A stretch of DNA of 39,403 bases. Source: a virus. This document shows positions 17,152 to 23,754 of the stretch, in pieces. Both the position numbers and the translations under genes were made by a program. The notes beneath the pieces were generated by a model. It was not told where the DNA came from, made no database searches, and saw only the letters and a program-made list of their open reading frames with translations. The first letter of the stretch is position 1. Every line of letters begins with the position of its first letter. The stretch is from IMG/VR virus record IMGVR_UViG_3300031233_000002; one strand, 5' to 3'.

Positions 17152-17291
17152 AGTAGTATTCTAAGTTTACTCCCGCCAGCAAAGCTCTAACTTTAGGCAG
17201 GCGGGTTCAATTCCATTTAACAGGTAGTGCAATTTTAAGGGATTTTAAAGGAATCTCAAGCTTTTTTGCACTCCGCGAAGGAGAAATTTTA

Positions 17292-18086
17292 ATGCAACAT
17301 CATTTTGATATTGAACTAGCAAAAGAATATGGCATGAACGTAGCAGTATTTCTGGATAATCTTTCCTTTTGGATCGTTAAAAATCAGGCAAATAATAAAC
17401 ATTGTCATGATGGCAGATATTGGACTTATAACTCAGTAGATGCCTTTGTTGAACTGTTTCCTTATTGGTCAAAAAAACAAATAGAAGGTATGCTTTCAAA
17501 GTGTAAAGAATTCGGTCTAATTCAAACAGGTAACTACAATCTTACACCATATGACCGGACAAATTGGTACGCTTTAACTGATTTTGGACATAAGTTATTG
17601 AATGTACCCATTTCCCCAAAAGGGGAAATGGAAATCCTAGAAAACGGAAATCAATTTCCTCAAAAGGGGAAACCTATACCAGATACTAAACCAGATACTA
17701 ACCATATATTAAATACTCCCCAAACCCCTCTTTCTAAAAATGATATTGAGCTACCCACATGGTTGCCCAAAAATGATTGGAAAGATTTTGTCGAACACCG
17801 AAAATACATCAAAGCCCCGCTCAGCGACAACGCAGCCAAGCGCGCCATTAAATCCTTGGAGAGCTTGAGGCACAAAGGGCACAATATCTCCAAGGTGATT
17901 GACCAGAGCATTGTGAATGGCTGGAAAGGTTTATTTGCCGTTAAGACCACCGAGCATAGCGCACCACAGAAAAAAATGACCAAATCAGAAATTCATTGGA
18001 ATTCCGTCAAAGGCTCACTAAAAGGAACAAAATATGACCCAGAATGTAACCCTTCACTCGACCCATTCCACAAAGGCTCTTATTGA
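17292..18086 (+). CDS. Replication initiator / replisome organiser, lambda O-like role, 264 aa
   Basis: N-terminal wHTH pattern (AVFLDNLSFWI...GRYWTYNSVDAFVELFPYWSKKQIEGMLSKCKEFGLI...DRTNWYALT). C-terminal LPTWLPKNDWKDFVEHRKYIKAPLSD...ESLRHKGHNISKVIDQSIVNGWKGLF is typical of phage replication proteins. Repeats occupy the linker. Confidence 0.6.
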   Translation: MQHHFDIELAKEYGMNVAVFLDNLSFWIVKNQANNKHCHDGRYWTYNSVDAFVELFPYWSKKQIEGMLSKCKEFGLIQTGNYNLTPYDRTNWYALTDFGHKLLNVPISPKGEMEILENGNQFPQKGKPIPDTKPDTNHILNTPQTPLSKNDIELPTWLPKNDWKDFVEHRKYIKAPLSDNAAKRAIKSLESLRHKGHNISKVIDQSIVNGWKGLFAVKTTEHSAPQKKMTKSEIHWNSVKGSLKGTKYDPECNPSLDPFHKGSY

Positions 18087-18636
18087 TTTTTTATTTGTAA
18101 GGCTTGCTGGCATGTACGGTTATTCATGGACTTCTATGCACCCGGACAGTGCATCATGGGAAGTAATGAAAGATACATGGGCTTTTCATATAAAAAACTA
18201 TTCTGCGGATGTTTTAGCAAAGGCTATGGAAGATTTAGTTAATTTGGGGGAAGAATTTCCTCCCAATTTAATTAAATTTGTAAAATTATGTAATAAACAT
18301 TCTGGAATACCTACCGAAGAAGAATGTTACAAAGCCGCATTGAAAAGAGATTTTGAGTTATCTCTAACCCAACAATGTTTCGATAAAATTGGCGATTGGA
18401 AGTTTAAAACCTCAAATGAAAAAGATTTACGCAAAGACTTCCATGAAGTCTACATTGAAGAAATAGCAAATTTTTATCGTAATCATGGAAAAGAAAAATC
18501 AATTGAGCATGATGAACCCACCTATACCGAAGAAAAGAAAAATTTTGAGGGCATAAAAACTCAAATGCCCGATGACCTAAGAGAATTAACCAAAAAAATG
18601 GAAGAAAAAGCCTTACTCTACAGGAAGAAAAAATAA
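18034..18636 (+). CDS. Lambda P-like replication protein; candidate helicase loader, 200 aa
   Basis: LIDFLFVRLAGMYGYSW...WEVMKDTWAFHIKNYSADVLAKAMEDLVNLGEEFPPNLIKFVKLC parallels the N-terminal lambda P pattern (..FP....W..af......v..g.......FlPSPGqFV.WC). It follows the O-like gene. Confidence 0.5.
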   Translation: MTQNVTLHSTHSTKALIDFLFVRLAGMYGYSWTSMHPDSASWEVMKDTWAFHIKNYSADVLAKAMEDLVNLGEEFPPNLIKFVKLCNKHSGIPTEEECYKAALKRDFELSLTQQCFDKIGDWKFKTSNEKDLRKDFHEVYIEEIANFYRNHGKEKSIEHDEPTYTEEKKNFEGIKTQMPDDLRELTKKMEEKALLYRKKK

Positions 18637-19061
18637 TGACCCCCATTGACGAAAACAAGATGGATAATCTTATCAAGCTGCAAGAGGGATTGCGGTTAAA
18701 ACCCTACACGGACACCACAGGCAATCTTAGCATTGGCTATGGACGCAACCTTACCCGAGATGGGATTAGCCAAGCCGAAGCCACTATGATGTTTCAGGAT
18801 GATGTTGCGTCCGTGGAGCGTGAGCTTTCTTTGAATGCGCCATGGTACACGCAATTGAATGACGCTAGACAATCTGTATTAATTAACATCACGTACAATG
18901 AGGGTATTGGTGGTTTAATGCAATTCAAGGACATGCTGCGCGCGCTGGAAGCTGGAAATTTTGAGGAAGCTTCCAAGCAGCTACTGGACAGTCTAGCTGA
19001 CAAACAGTTACCATCCCGCTACAACAAATTGGCGTATATCTTAGAAACGGGTATTTTGTAA
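18636..19061 (+). CDS. Endolysin, GH24 T4-type lysozyme, 141 aa
   Basis: LIKLQEGLRLKPYTDTTGNLSIGYGRNL carries the Glu...Asp...Thr catalytic arrangement, and the rest of the fold signature is present (NITYNEGIGGL). Confidence 0.85.
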   Translation: MTPIDENKMDNLIKLQEGLRLKPYTDTTGNLSIGYGRNLTRDGISQAEATMMFQDDVASVERELSLNAPWYTQLNDARQSVLINITYNEGIGGLMQFKDMLRALEAGNFEEASKQLLDSLADKQLPSRYNKLAYILETGIL

Positions 19062-19077
19062 TCAGGGAGTTCAGAAA

Positions 19078-19290
19078 ATGAGTTTTGAAACCGCAGCAAA
19101 AGATGTTGCAGCAAAAGCGAAAGGTTATGCGGAGAAATTCCTAGGTTGGCTGGAACAGCATTTCGAAGATAAGAGCGAAACGACCACCAAAGCCAATTCT
19201 AGCCCCGTGACGGCTTCTAAATCGCAAGCGGGTACGTCAACCCCTCCCGCGCCTCCGCCAACGCCTCCTAGCTCTCCTGCTGCGTCTTGA
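19078..19290 (+). CDS. Hypothetical protein, 70 aa, with a Pro/Ser/Thr-rich tail
   Basis: ORF with GGGAG RBS, ending in PPAPPPTPPSSPAAS. Confidence 0.45.
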   Translation: MSFETAAKDVAAKAKGYAEKFLGWLEQHFEDKSETTTKANSSPVTASKSQAGTSTPPAPPPTPPSSPAAS

Positions 19291-19380
19291 ATGCGGATAT
19301 TGTTTTATGGTTTGTGGTGACATTGCATTGGCTGAACGAAAACACGGTACGAAGCGACTAGCCACTTACCACCAGTTTAT

Positions 19381-19454
19381 TGCGGAATAGAGAAAAAGTA
19401 TCTCGTGAGTCTCATAAGCTCAAGTTATCGGTGCAATTCCGGTTTCCGCTACCA
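19381..19454 (+). tRNA. tRNA-like gene with anticodon CAT (Met or Ile2 type), encoded CCA, non-canonical D and T loops
   Basis: Hand-folded cloverleaf. Acceptor 19382-87 pairs with 19444-49 (6 bp, with a U1xU72 mismatch). D stem GAGA/TCTC. Anticodon stem TGAGT/GCTCA with loop CTCATAA. T stem ATCGG/CCGGT with G53-C61 and loop TGCAATT. A73 then CCA. It lacks G18G19 and has G55. Confidence 0.5.
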
Positions 19455-19461
19455 GTTTAAT

Positions 19462-19601
19462 GCTGACACAAGCACCATTGGAGTTGGTGCAGGGTTCGTG
19501 TGCAGACACTCCCTCCCTTGGCTATTGCACGATGCTAGCTATGACAAATGCAATGTCTGCTGAAAGGGTAGTGGGTTCGAATCCCACATGTCGGCTTACC
19601 A
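19462..19601 (+). ncRNA. tRNA-like structured RNA: canonical acceptor, D-arm and T-arm frame with about 80 nt of extra hairpins in place of a normal anticodon/variable region
   Basis: Acceptor GCTGACA (19462-68) pairs with TGTCGGC (19589-95). D arm GCAC-N11-GTGC (19472-90). T arm GTGGG-TTCGAAT-CCCAC (19571-87), a perfect consensus. Internal hairpins at 19491-19514 and 19515-19568. No 7-nt anticodon loop found. Confidence 0.3.
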
Positions 19602-19621
19602 TTTACTACTAATATGGTGGT

Positions 19622-19867
19622 TTAGGATGATTTTTGGTTAGTGGCTGCAACTTGCTTTTTAACAATATTTACCCAACCACGGCATTCTTTAAGGTCGATT
19701 ACGTATGCTTTTGCTCGAACGTCATCAGGTGTTTTGGTTGTTAACGCTCTGGTTTGCAATGCTGGCAGAGGAGGTAATGTTACTACGGGACAATCATAAG
19801 CTAACGGCACAGCTTTCGGAGTGCATGAGCATAGTAATAGTACAACCCCTATGAAAATGATTTTCAT
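19622..19867 (-). CDS. Outer-membrane spanin (Rz1-like lipoprotein), 81 aa
   Basis: Signal peptide with lipobox-like LLLCSC, a Pro-rich mature part (VVTLPPLPAL), and an ATGA overlap with the upstream i-spanin gene. Confidence 0.6.
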   Translation of the reverse strand: MKIIFIGVVLLLCSCTPKAVPLAYDCPVVTLPPLPALQTRALTTKTPDDVRAKAYVIDLKECRGWVNIVKKQVAATNQKSS

Positions 19868-20184
19868 TTATGTTTTGCCTTTTTGCTTTGCGCCTCTAAT
19901 ACCATCCAGTCCATTGCCTTTTGGCACTCTGGCGAAACCGTCTGTTTTTCAATGGTCTGAATATGATTAGACAGTAAAACCTCCTGACTGTCGGCTTTCT
20001 TTTGGGCGGTAGCTGCTTGTGCTATTGCTAAAGTGGATTGCGCCTTGAGCGAAATTATCTGCGCTGCATTTTGTTCTACTTCAGTAGTCAATATTGTTAT
20101 TTCATGTTTTTGCCCAGCAAATACCAGCAAAGCAACAATGAAAATTCCCCCAGCAGTTAATCCTAAAATTCCTGTTAAATTCAT
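19864..20184 (-). CDS. Inner-membrane spanin (Rz-like), 106 aa
   Basis: N-terminal TM segment GILGLTAGGIFIVALLVFAG followed by a coiled-coil periplasmic domain. Adjacent to the lipoprotein partner. Confidence 0.6.
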   Translation of the reverse strand: MNLTGILGLTAGGIFIVALLVFAGQKHEITILTTEVEQNAAQIISLKAQSTLAIAQAATAQKKADSQEVLLSNHIQTIEKQTVSPECQKAMDWMVLEAQSKKAKHK

Positions 20185-20489
20185 TGTTCGCCCTTTTCAT
20201 TATTGTCAAATCTTGCCAATGGCTGCGAGGTGTCTTTTATCCGCATGTTCATGCTAAATGCTACCGCTATAACACTTATTCCCGTAGCATAATCTGTAGG
20301 CGACCAAGGATGCCCAAGATTGGCGGCTACTTCCGACAAGTGATCATAATAAATAAAACTCAGAGCCATCCACACGCGCCCTGAATCATAAGTACTATTA
20401 TCTTTCCCTGTCAAAATATCATGAATTAACTTCACTACGCCATTAACGAGGCGATTGAATAATGACAGGGGGGTAATCGAGCTATTCAT
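20181..20489 (-). CDS. Membrane protein, holin candidate, 102 aa
   Basis: Hydrophobic segments VWMALSFIYY and GISVIAVAFSMNM. Immediately upstream of the spanins. No family recognised. Confidence 0.35.
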   Translation of the reverse strand: MNSSITPLSLFNRLVNGVVKLIHDILTGKDNSTYDSGRVWMALSFIYYDHLSEVAANLGHPWSPTDYATGISVIAVAFSMNMRIKDTSQPLARFDNNEKGEQ

Positions 20490-20635
20490 GTGAGCCTGTA
20501 GTTTTCTGTTAGTACCAATAAATAATCAATATAGACAATCAGCGTAGCTATCCCCATGAGCAATAGCAAGAGCAATGCGCTCTTAAACATCCAACCAAAA
20601 AAATCTTCAATCATTTCTTTTGTAATCCTTTTCAT
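20486..20635 (-). CDS. Single-TM micro-protein, 49 aa; holin / antiholin candidate
   Basis: Hand translation gives MKRITKEMIEDFFGWMFKSALLLLLLMGIATLIVYIDYLLVLTENYRLT. ATGA overlap with the next gene. Below the ORF-track cutoff. Confidence 0.35.
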   Translation of the reverse strand: MKRITKEMIEDFFGWMFKSALLLLLLMGIATLIVYIDYLLVLTENYRLT

Positions 20636-20638
20636 CGT

Positions 20639-20848
20639 TCAATCATCCTCATAAGGTGGTTTATATTCTAACTTGTACTTCGCCTCAATTTCTCTGGAGA
20701 GCATAATTAATGCAATGCTTTTTTGATCATTGGACTGACTTTTTTTATAAATATCCAGTCGCTTTTGTATGTGGTGCAATATCTCTTGTATCACCTCTTT
20801 TTGCTTTTTGGTATAACCCTTCTTTTCATCCCGAGCAAAATAATTCAT
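20639..20848 (-). CDS. Hypothetical protein, 69 aa
   Basis: ORF. Its ATG overlaps the stop of an upstream 33-aa acidic micro-ORF. Confidence 0.45.
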   Translation of the reverse strand: MNYFARDEKKGYTKKQKEVIQEILHHIQKRLDIYKKSQSNDQKSIALIMLSREIEAKYKLEYKPPYEDD

Positions 20849-20945
20849 CTGATAAACCCTATTTCATCTTCATACGTTAATTCCTCAAGAGCATCCTCGT
20901 AATAGGATGTTTCTTCGTGGTCTTGCGTGTAGTCATCCTCTTCCA

Positions 20946-21209
20946 TTATTTTATCCTCGGTAAAAATTTAGGGGGTGGTAAAATCTTTTTAGGTGAAGGT
21001 TGTCGGTGAGAAACTTCTTTTCTATCGGGAGCATCTAAATAACGGCTAGCACCTTTTTTCTTTTCCTCCTCCAACCACATCAAAGCTTCTCTTATTTTTA
21101 TGATAATCTTCTCCATCTCAAAAGTTTCAATAGACCGTTCGGCAAATTCTAATGCCCCTCTCAAGCCTAATTCTATTTCTTGATCGTGTGAGGTGCGGTA
21201 ATGGGTCAT
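20946..21209 (-). CDS. Hypothetical protein, 87 aa
   Basis: ORF with ATGA overlap with paralog H. Confidence 0.45.
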   Translation of the reverse strand: MTHYRTSHDQEIELGLRGALEFAERSIETFEMEKIIIKIREALMWLEEEKKKGASRYLDAPDRKEVSHRQPSPKKILPPPKFLPRIK

Positions 21210-21394
21210 GGCTTATCCTCGAAATATTTCACTAAATTTTCTAAGGACTCAGCAATTCTTTTAAGTTGCTCTACTTTAGCAATCTCCCATATTTCTTTAA
21301 CTTTTACAGGCAATTCTCTCGCAATTCTAGAATCTAAAGCTTCATAAAGTTTTTCAGTAGCTTTGAATTCTTTTATTTGTTCAACCGTTTTCAT
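21206..21394 (-). CDS. MKTVEEIK-family paralog H, 62 aa
   Basis: N-terminus MKTVEQIKEFK. Its start is embedded in the C-terminal NENG* codons of paralog G. Confidence 0.6.
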   Translation of the reverse strand: MKTVEQIKEFKATEKLYEALDSRIARELPVKVKEIWEIAKVEQLKRIAESLENLVKYFEDKP

Positions 21395-21551
21395 TTAACG
21401 TATCCTCGGAGTCGATGAATTCTAAAATTTCTTCAAACGCTTCTTGTTTAGCATCATAAAATCTATAACTATCATCATATTTCTTTTTTCTAGCTCTACA
21501 AAGAATTGATTGTCCTATTGCAAAGTCTTTTATCTGCTCGGCGGTTTTCAT
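21381..21551 (-). CDS. MKTVEEIK-family paralog G, 56 aa from ATG 21551
   Basis: MKTAEQIKDF...ILEFIDSEDTLNENG. AAAGGA RBS upstream of 21551. The longer track start at 21581 is unlikely. Confidence 0.6.
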   Translation of the reverse strand: MKTAEQIKDFAIGQSILCRARKKKYDDSYRFYDAKQEAFEEILEFIDSEDTLNENG

Positions 21552-21717
21552 TCGATAAATCCTTTGAGTTAATAAAATCAATCATCATTTCCATGCACTT
21601 AGCTCTAACCATATATCTGACCGTGCTCTCTAAATCAATATCTGTATTTCTTTCAGAATTTTTGTAAAACGCTAATTGCGTTAAGCAAAATTCTTTTATT
21701 TCTTCATTGCTTCTCAT
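21496..21717 (-). CDS. MKTVEEIK-family paralog F, 73 aa, C-terminally extended
   Basis: MRSNEEIKEFC...MIDFINSKDLSNEN, then 15 further residues because the usual TGA inside the next gene's codons 4-5 is absent. Confidence 0.55.
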   Translation of the reverse strand: MRSNEEIKEFCLTQLAFYKNSERNTDIDLESTVRYMVRAKCMEMMIDFINSKDLSNENRRADKRLCNRTINSL

Positions 21718-21883
21718 TCGGGGCTTCCTCGATGAAGTTTAATATTGCGCTGCATTGATCATGGCAACCTTGTTGATAATATTTTTCCTCTTTTAATTTG
21801 CGTTTAACATAATCAGCAATAATTCTCATTGCTAGATTCTGTTCTTTCATAATGAATTGCTTGATTTCTTCAACTGTTTTCAT
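21704..21883 (-). CDS. MKTVEEIK-family paralog E, 59 aa from ATG 21883
   Basis: MKTVEEIKQFI...LNFIEEAPNEKQ. Its start is embedded in the NENS* codons of paralog D. Confidence 0.6.
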   Translation of the reverse strand: MKTVEEIKQFIMKEQNLAMRIIADYVKRKLKEEKYYQQGCHDQCSAILNFIEEAPNEKQ

Positions 21884-22043
21884 TGATATCATCCAGTAAG
21901 TAATTCAATTCGTCATAAGCACCTAGATCATAAGAGTAACCTTGATTGTTTGTGCCGCAAAGTTTTTGCGTTTCTTTCATATTCTCTAAGAGAGTTTCTT
22001 TGCGCTCGGCAATTATCTCTAGGATTTCTTCAACTGTTTTCAT
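21870..22043 (-). CDS. MKTVEEIK-family paralog D, 57 aa from ATG 22043
   Basis: MKTVEEILEII...LNYLLDDINENS. TGATG overlap with the stop of gene C. Confidence 0.6.
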   Translation of the reverse strand: MKTVEEILEIIAERKETLLENMKETQKLCGTNNQGYSYDLGAYDELNYLLDDINENS

Positions 22044-22366
22044 CATATAAAGCACCTTATTAATCTGTTGTATTTTTCTTTTGTGTCATGTCCATCCCAT
22101 TTGTATAACTTATCCGTTGGAAGTCTTGATAAAAGATTTTTTTCAGAATCATGAAAGTGCCACGTCATTTGAAGTTCACCTTTCTCAATAACAAGAACTG
22201 TGCGCCAGTCATCTTCCCAATCATCACCCACATGTTCAGCTACAAAAACGCGAAAGTTAGGATAAGCTATGTCTCTTATAAAATTGGCTAAAGCAGCAAT
22301 GCACTTATTTCTTTCGCCATAGGCTTCATCTTTAATTTTAATTAATTCTTCAACTGTCTTGGTCAT
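22043..22366 (-). CDS. Protein with the MKTVEE-type N-terminal module fused to an unrelated domain carrying a WDGH motif, 107 aa from ATG 22366
   Basis: MTKTVEELIKIK, then ...DDWEDDWRTVLVIEKGELQMTWHFHD...YKWDGHDTKEKYNRL. ATGA overlap with the upstream micro-ORF. Confidence 0.55.
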   Translation of the reverse strand: MTKTVEELIKIKDEAYGERNKCIAALANFIRDIAYPNFRVFVAEHVGDDWEDDWRTVLVIEKGELQMTWHFHDSEKNLLSRLPTDKLYKWDGHDTKEKYNRLIRCFI

Positions 22367-22521
22367 GTCAATATCAATCCCGCTATTAAACACAAAAGTA
22401 AAATTACAATAATAACAAAATTCAATATCTCTAAATAATCGTTATAGTGAGTAGTTGTATAACGGTCTAATGCAATATGCACTATCATTAAGACCAACAT
22501 AAAAACATTAAATAGCTTCAT
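22363..22521 (-). CDS. Membrane micro-protein, 52 aa
   Basis: Hand translation gives MKLFNVFMLVLMIVHIALDRYTTTHYNDYLEILNFVIIVILLLCLIAGLILT. ATGA overlaps at both ends. Confidence 0.35.
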   Translation of the reverse strand: MKLFNVFMLVLMIVHIALDRYTTTHYNDYLEILNFVIIVILLLCLIAGLILT

Positions 22522-22709
22522 TCGCCTATTTCCTCACTGTATTTGACCATGGCTTGAAAATAAGCTCTTACCCTTCCATTTTCGCATGACCAATATTGAA
22601 AGCCGCCTAAAGGTTGCCAACCATCGTCTATTAAGGCGTTAACTTTATCTTCTAAATTTTTACAACTTTCATTTGAACCGGCAATGGCATACTTAATTAT
22701 CTTCTGCAT
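22518..22709 (-). CDS. DUF1737-like small phage protein, 63 aa
   Basis: The pattern KY.I.......LEDKVNALIDDGWQPLGG......YFQAMVKY matches my recollection of DUF1737. Confidence 0.55.
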   Translation of the reverse strand: MQKIIKYAIAGSNESCKNLEDKVNALIDDGWQPLGGFQYWSCENGRVRAYFQAMVKYSEEIGE

Positions 22710-22869
22710 ACATCACCATTGGTTGACAATACAATATTATTTTTTCCCCTATCTGCAAAGTTAAGCTTCCAAAAGGTTGCCAACCTTGATTAATAAAAAA
22801 CTTTGTATCACTAATTACTGCTAATTTGTCATCGCCATTTATTATTGTATAATCAATTATCTTTTGCAT
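22693..22869 (-). CDS. Second DUF1737-like paralog, 58 aa, below the ORF-track cutoff
   Basis: Hand translation gives MQKIIDYTIINGDDKLAVISDTKFFINQGWQPFGSLTLQIGEKIILYCQPMVMYAEDN. It has the same MQKII start and GWQP core as 22518..22709, and a 17-nt overlap with it. Confidence 0.45.
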   Translation of the reverse strand: MQKIIDYTIINGDDKLAVISDTKFFINQGWQPFGSLTLQIGEKIILYCQPMVMYAEDN

Positions 22870-23041
22870 CGCTGGCCTCTTTATTTTCCATCAAATTAAC
22901 TATCTCTCTATCCAGATCAGCTAACATTGTCCATTGGCCAAATAAAGCTGTTTTTGACATCTTCCTTATTAGAAGCCTTACTTCATTCATAGCGTTGCAG
23001 TAACTATTTTCGCTCATACAATGTTCATGATGATGTGTCAT
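22853..23041 (-). CDS. Hypothetical protein, 62 aa from ATG 23041
   Basis: MTHHHEHCMSENSYC... Its start is embedded in the C-terminal codons of paralog B. Its own C-terminus AKDN* overlaps the MQKII start of the next gene. Confidence 0.45.
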   Translation of the reverse strand: MTHHHEHCMSENSYCNAMNEVRLLIRKMSKTALFGQWTMLADLDREIVNLMENKEASDAKDN

Positions 23042-23207
23042 TCGCGTCCTCGCTGTCGATGTAGTCAAGTAATTTATTAAAATTATCAATAATTATTAAA
23101 GCATGATCTTTATCTTTCGTTAATTTGTATTTTGCGTTTACGAATCTATTCTGCTCTCTTGTTATTGTAAGATGTATATATTCTTTGACTTGCTCAATCG
23201 TTTTCAA
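23025..23207 (-). CDS. MKTVEEIK-family paralog B, 60 aa from TTG 23207
   Basis: (M)KTIEQVKEYI...LLDYIDSEDANDTSS. TTG overlaps the upstream TGA (TTTTGAAAACG) and GGAG lies 11 nt upstream. Same length as paralog A. Confidence 0.55.
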   Translation of the reverse strand: MKTIEQVKEYIHLTITREQNRFVNAKYKLTKDKDHALIIIDNFNKLLDYIDSEDANDTSS

Positions 23208-23383
23208 AATATAATCTCCGTACAATAATGGGTTGTAAATTCTTTACAATATGAAAATTTACCTTTGCATTCGCAACATTCATCCTCGCCGTTTTCAGGC
23301 CATTCCCAACAATCAGAAAAAACATAACCACAGTGAGGGCAAGCAAAATTATCTTCTCTGAATTCATGATCAATCGTCTTCAT
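23204..23383 (-). CDS. Zinc-ribbon protein, 59 aa from ATG 23383
   Basis: MKTIDHEFREDNFACPHCGYVFSDCWEWPENGEDECCECKGKF. The track start at 23455 would overlap the upstream micro-ORF by 86 nt. Confidence 0.5.
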   Translation of the reverse strand: MKTIDHEFREDNFACPHCGYVFSDCWEWPENGEDECCECKGKFSYCKEFTTHYCTEIIF

Positions 23384-23513
23384 AAGGGAAATATTTCCTT
23401 TTTTTACAAGAATTACATTCAATATATTTGCATCTTGCTCCAACATGATTGTCAAAAATAGAATCCCAATTATGACCTACAAAAAAACATAAGATTTTTT
23501 TAATCATTTTCAT
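23370..23513 (-). CDS. Cys-rich micro-protein, 47 aa, DUF1660-like pattern
   Basis: Hand translation gives MKMIKKILCFFVGHNWDSIFDNHVGARCKYIECNSCKKRKYFPYEDD. The motif LC...GH.W...C..C recalls DUF1660. Overlaps genes on both sides. Confidence 0.4.
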   Translation of the reverse strand: MKMIKKILCFFVGHNWDSIFDNHVGARCKYIECNSCKKRKYFPYEDD

Positions 23514-23583
23514 TTTTCTTTCTCCGGCGGCTCAGGAAGCGGTTGCCAATGGGATATTGGCATATCAAACTTTCCTCGTATGT

Positions 23584-23754
23584 TCATGTGGGCTGCTCCA
23601 ATAATATTTTTTTAACTTCTTCCAGAATATTATTTATCTCTTGGATGGAATAAATCGTAACTTCAATACAATTTCCATAGGCTACTTCAAGTTTAATAGC
23701 TCGATCTCCACCTATTACTAATGGCTTTAATTTAATTAGTTTTAGTTCACGCAT
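23584..23754 (-). CDS. Hypothetical protein, 56 aa from ATG 23754
   Basis: GAGGA RBS 8 nt upstream of ATG 23754. N-terminus MRELKLIKLKPLVIGGDRAIKLEV. Confidence 0.4.
   Translation of the reverse strand: MRELKLIKLKPLVIGGDRAIKLEVAYGNCIEVTIYSIQEINNILEEVKKILLEQPT

Noticed and set aside
17172-17215. tRNA-like T-loop sequence GGCGGGTTCAATTCC
   Set aside because: The sequence after the loop (CCATTT) does not pair with GCGGG, so there is no T stem. No acceptor or anticodon arm could be built. The only structure is a CCCGCC...GGCGGG hairpin with a 22-nt loop.
19291-19380. A third tRNA upstream of the tRNA(CAT)-like gene; the region ends in ...TTACCACCAGTTTA
   Set aside because: A 7-bp acceptor-like pairing exists (GTGGTGA 19314-20 with TTACCAC 19366-72), but it encloses only 45 nt. 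I could fold no T arm, D arm or anticodon arm. At most it is a mini-helix, so it is not called as a gene.
19560-19601. attP core next to an integrase (lysogeny module)
   Set aside because: No tyrosine or serine recombinase-sized ORF or motif is visible on either strand anywhere in the window. An att relic remains possible, but an active integration module is not supported.
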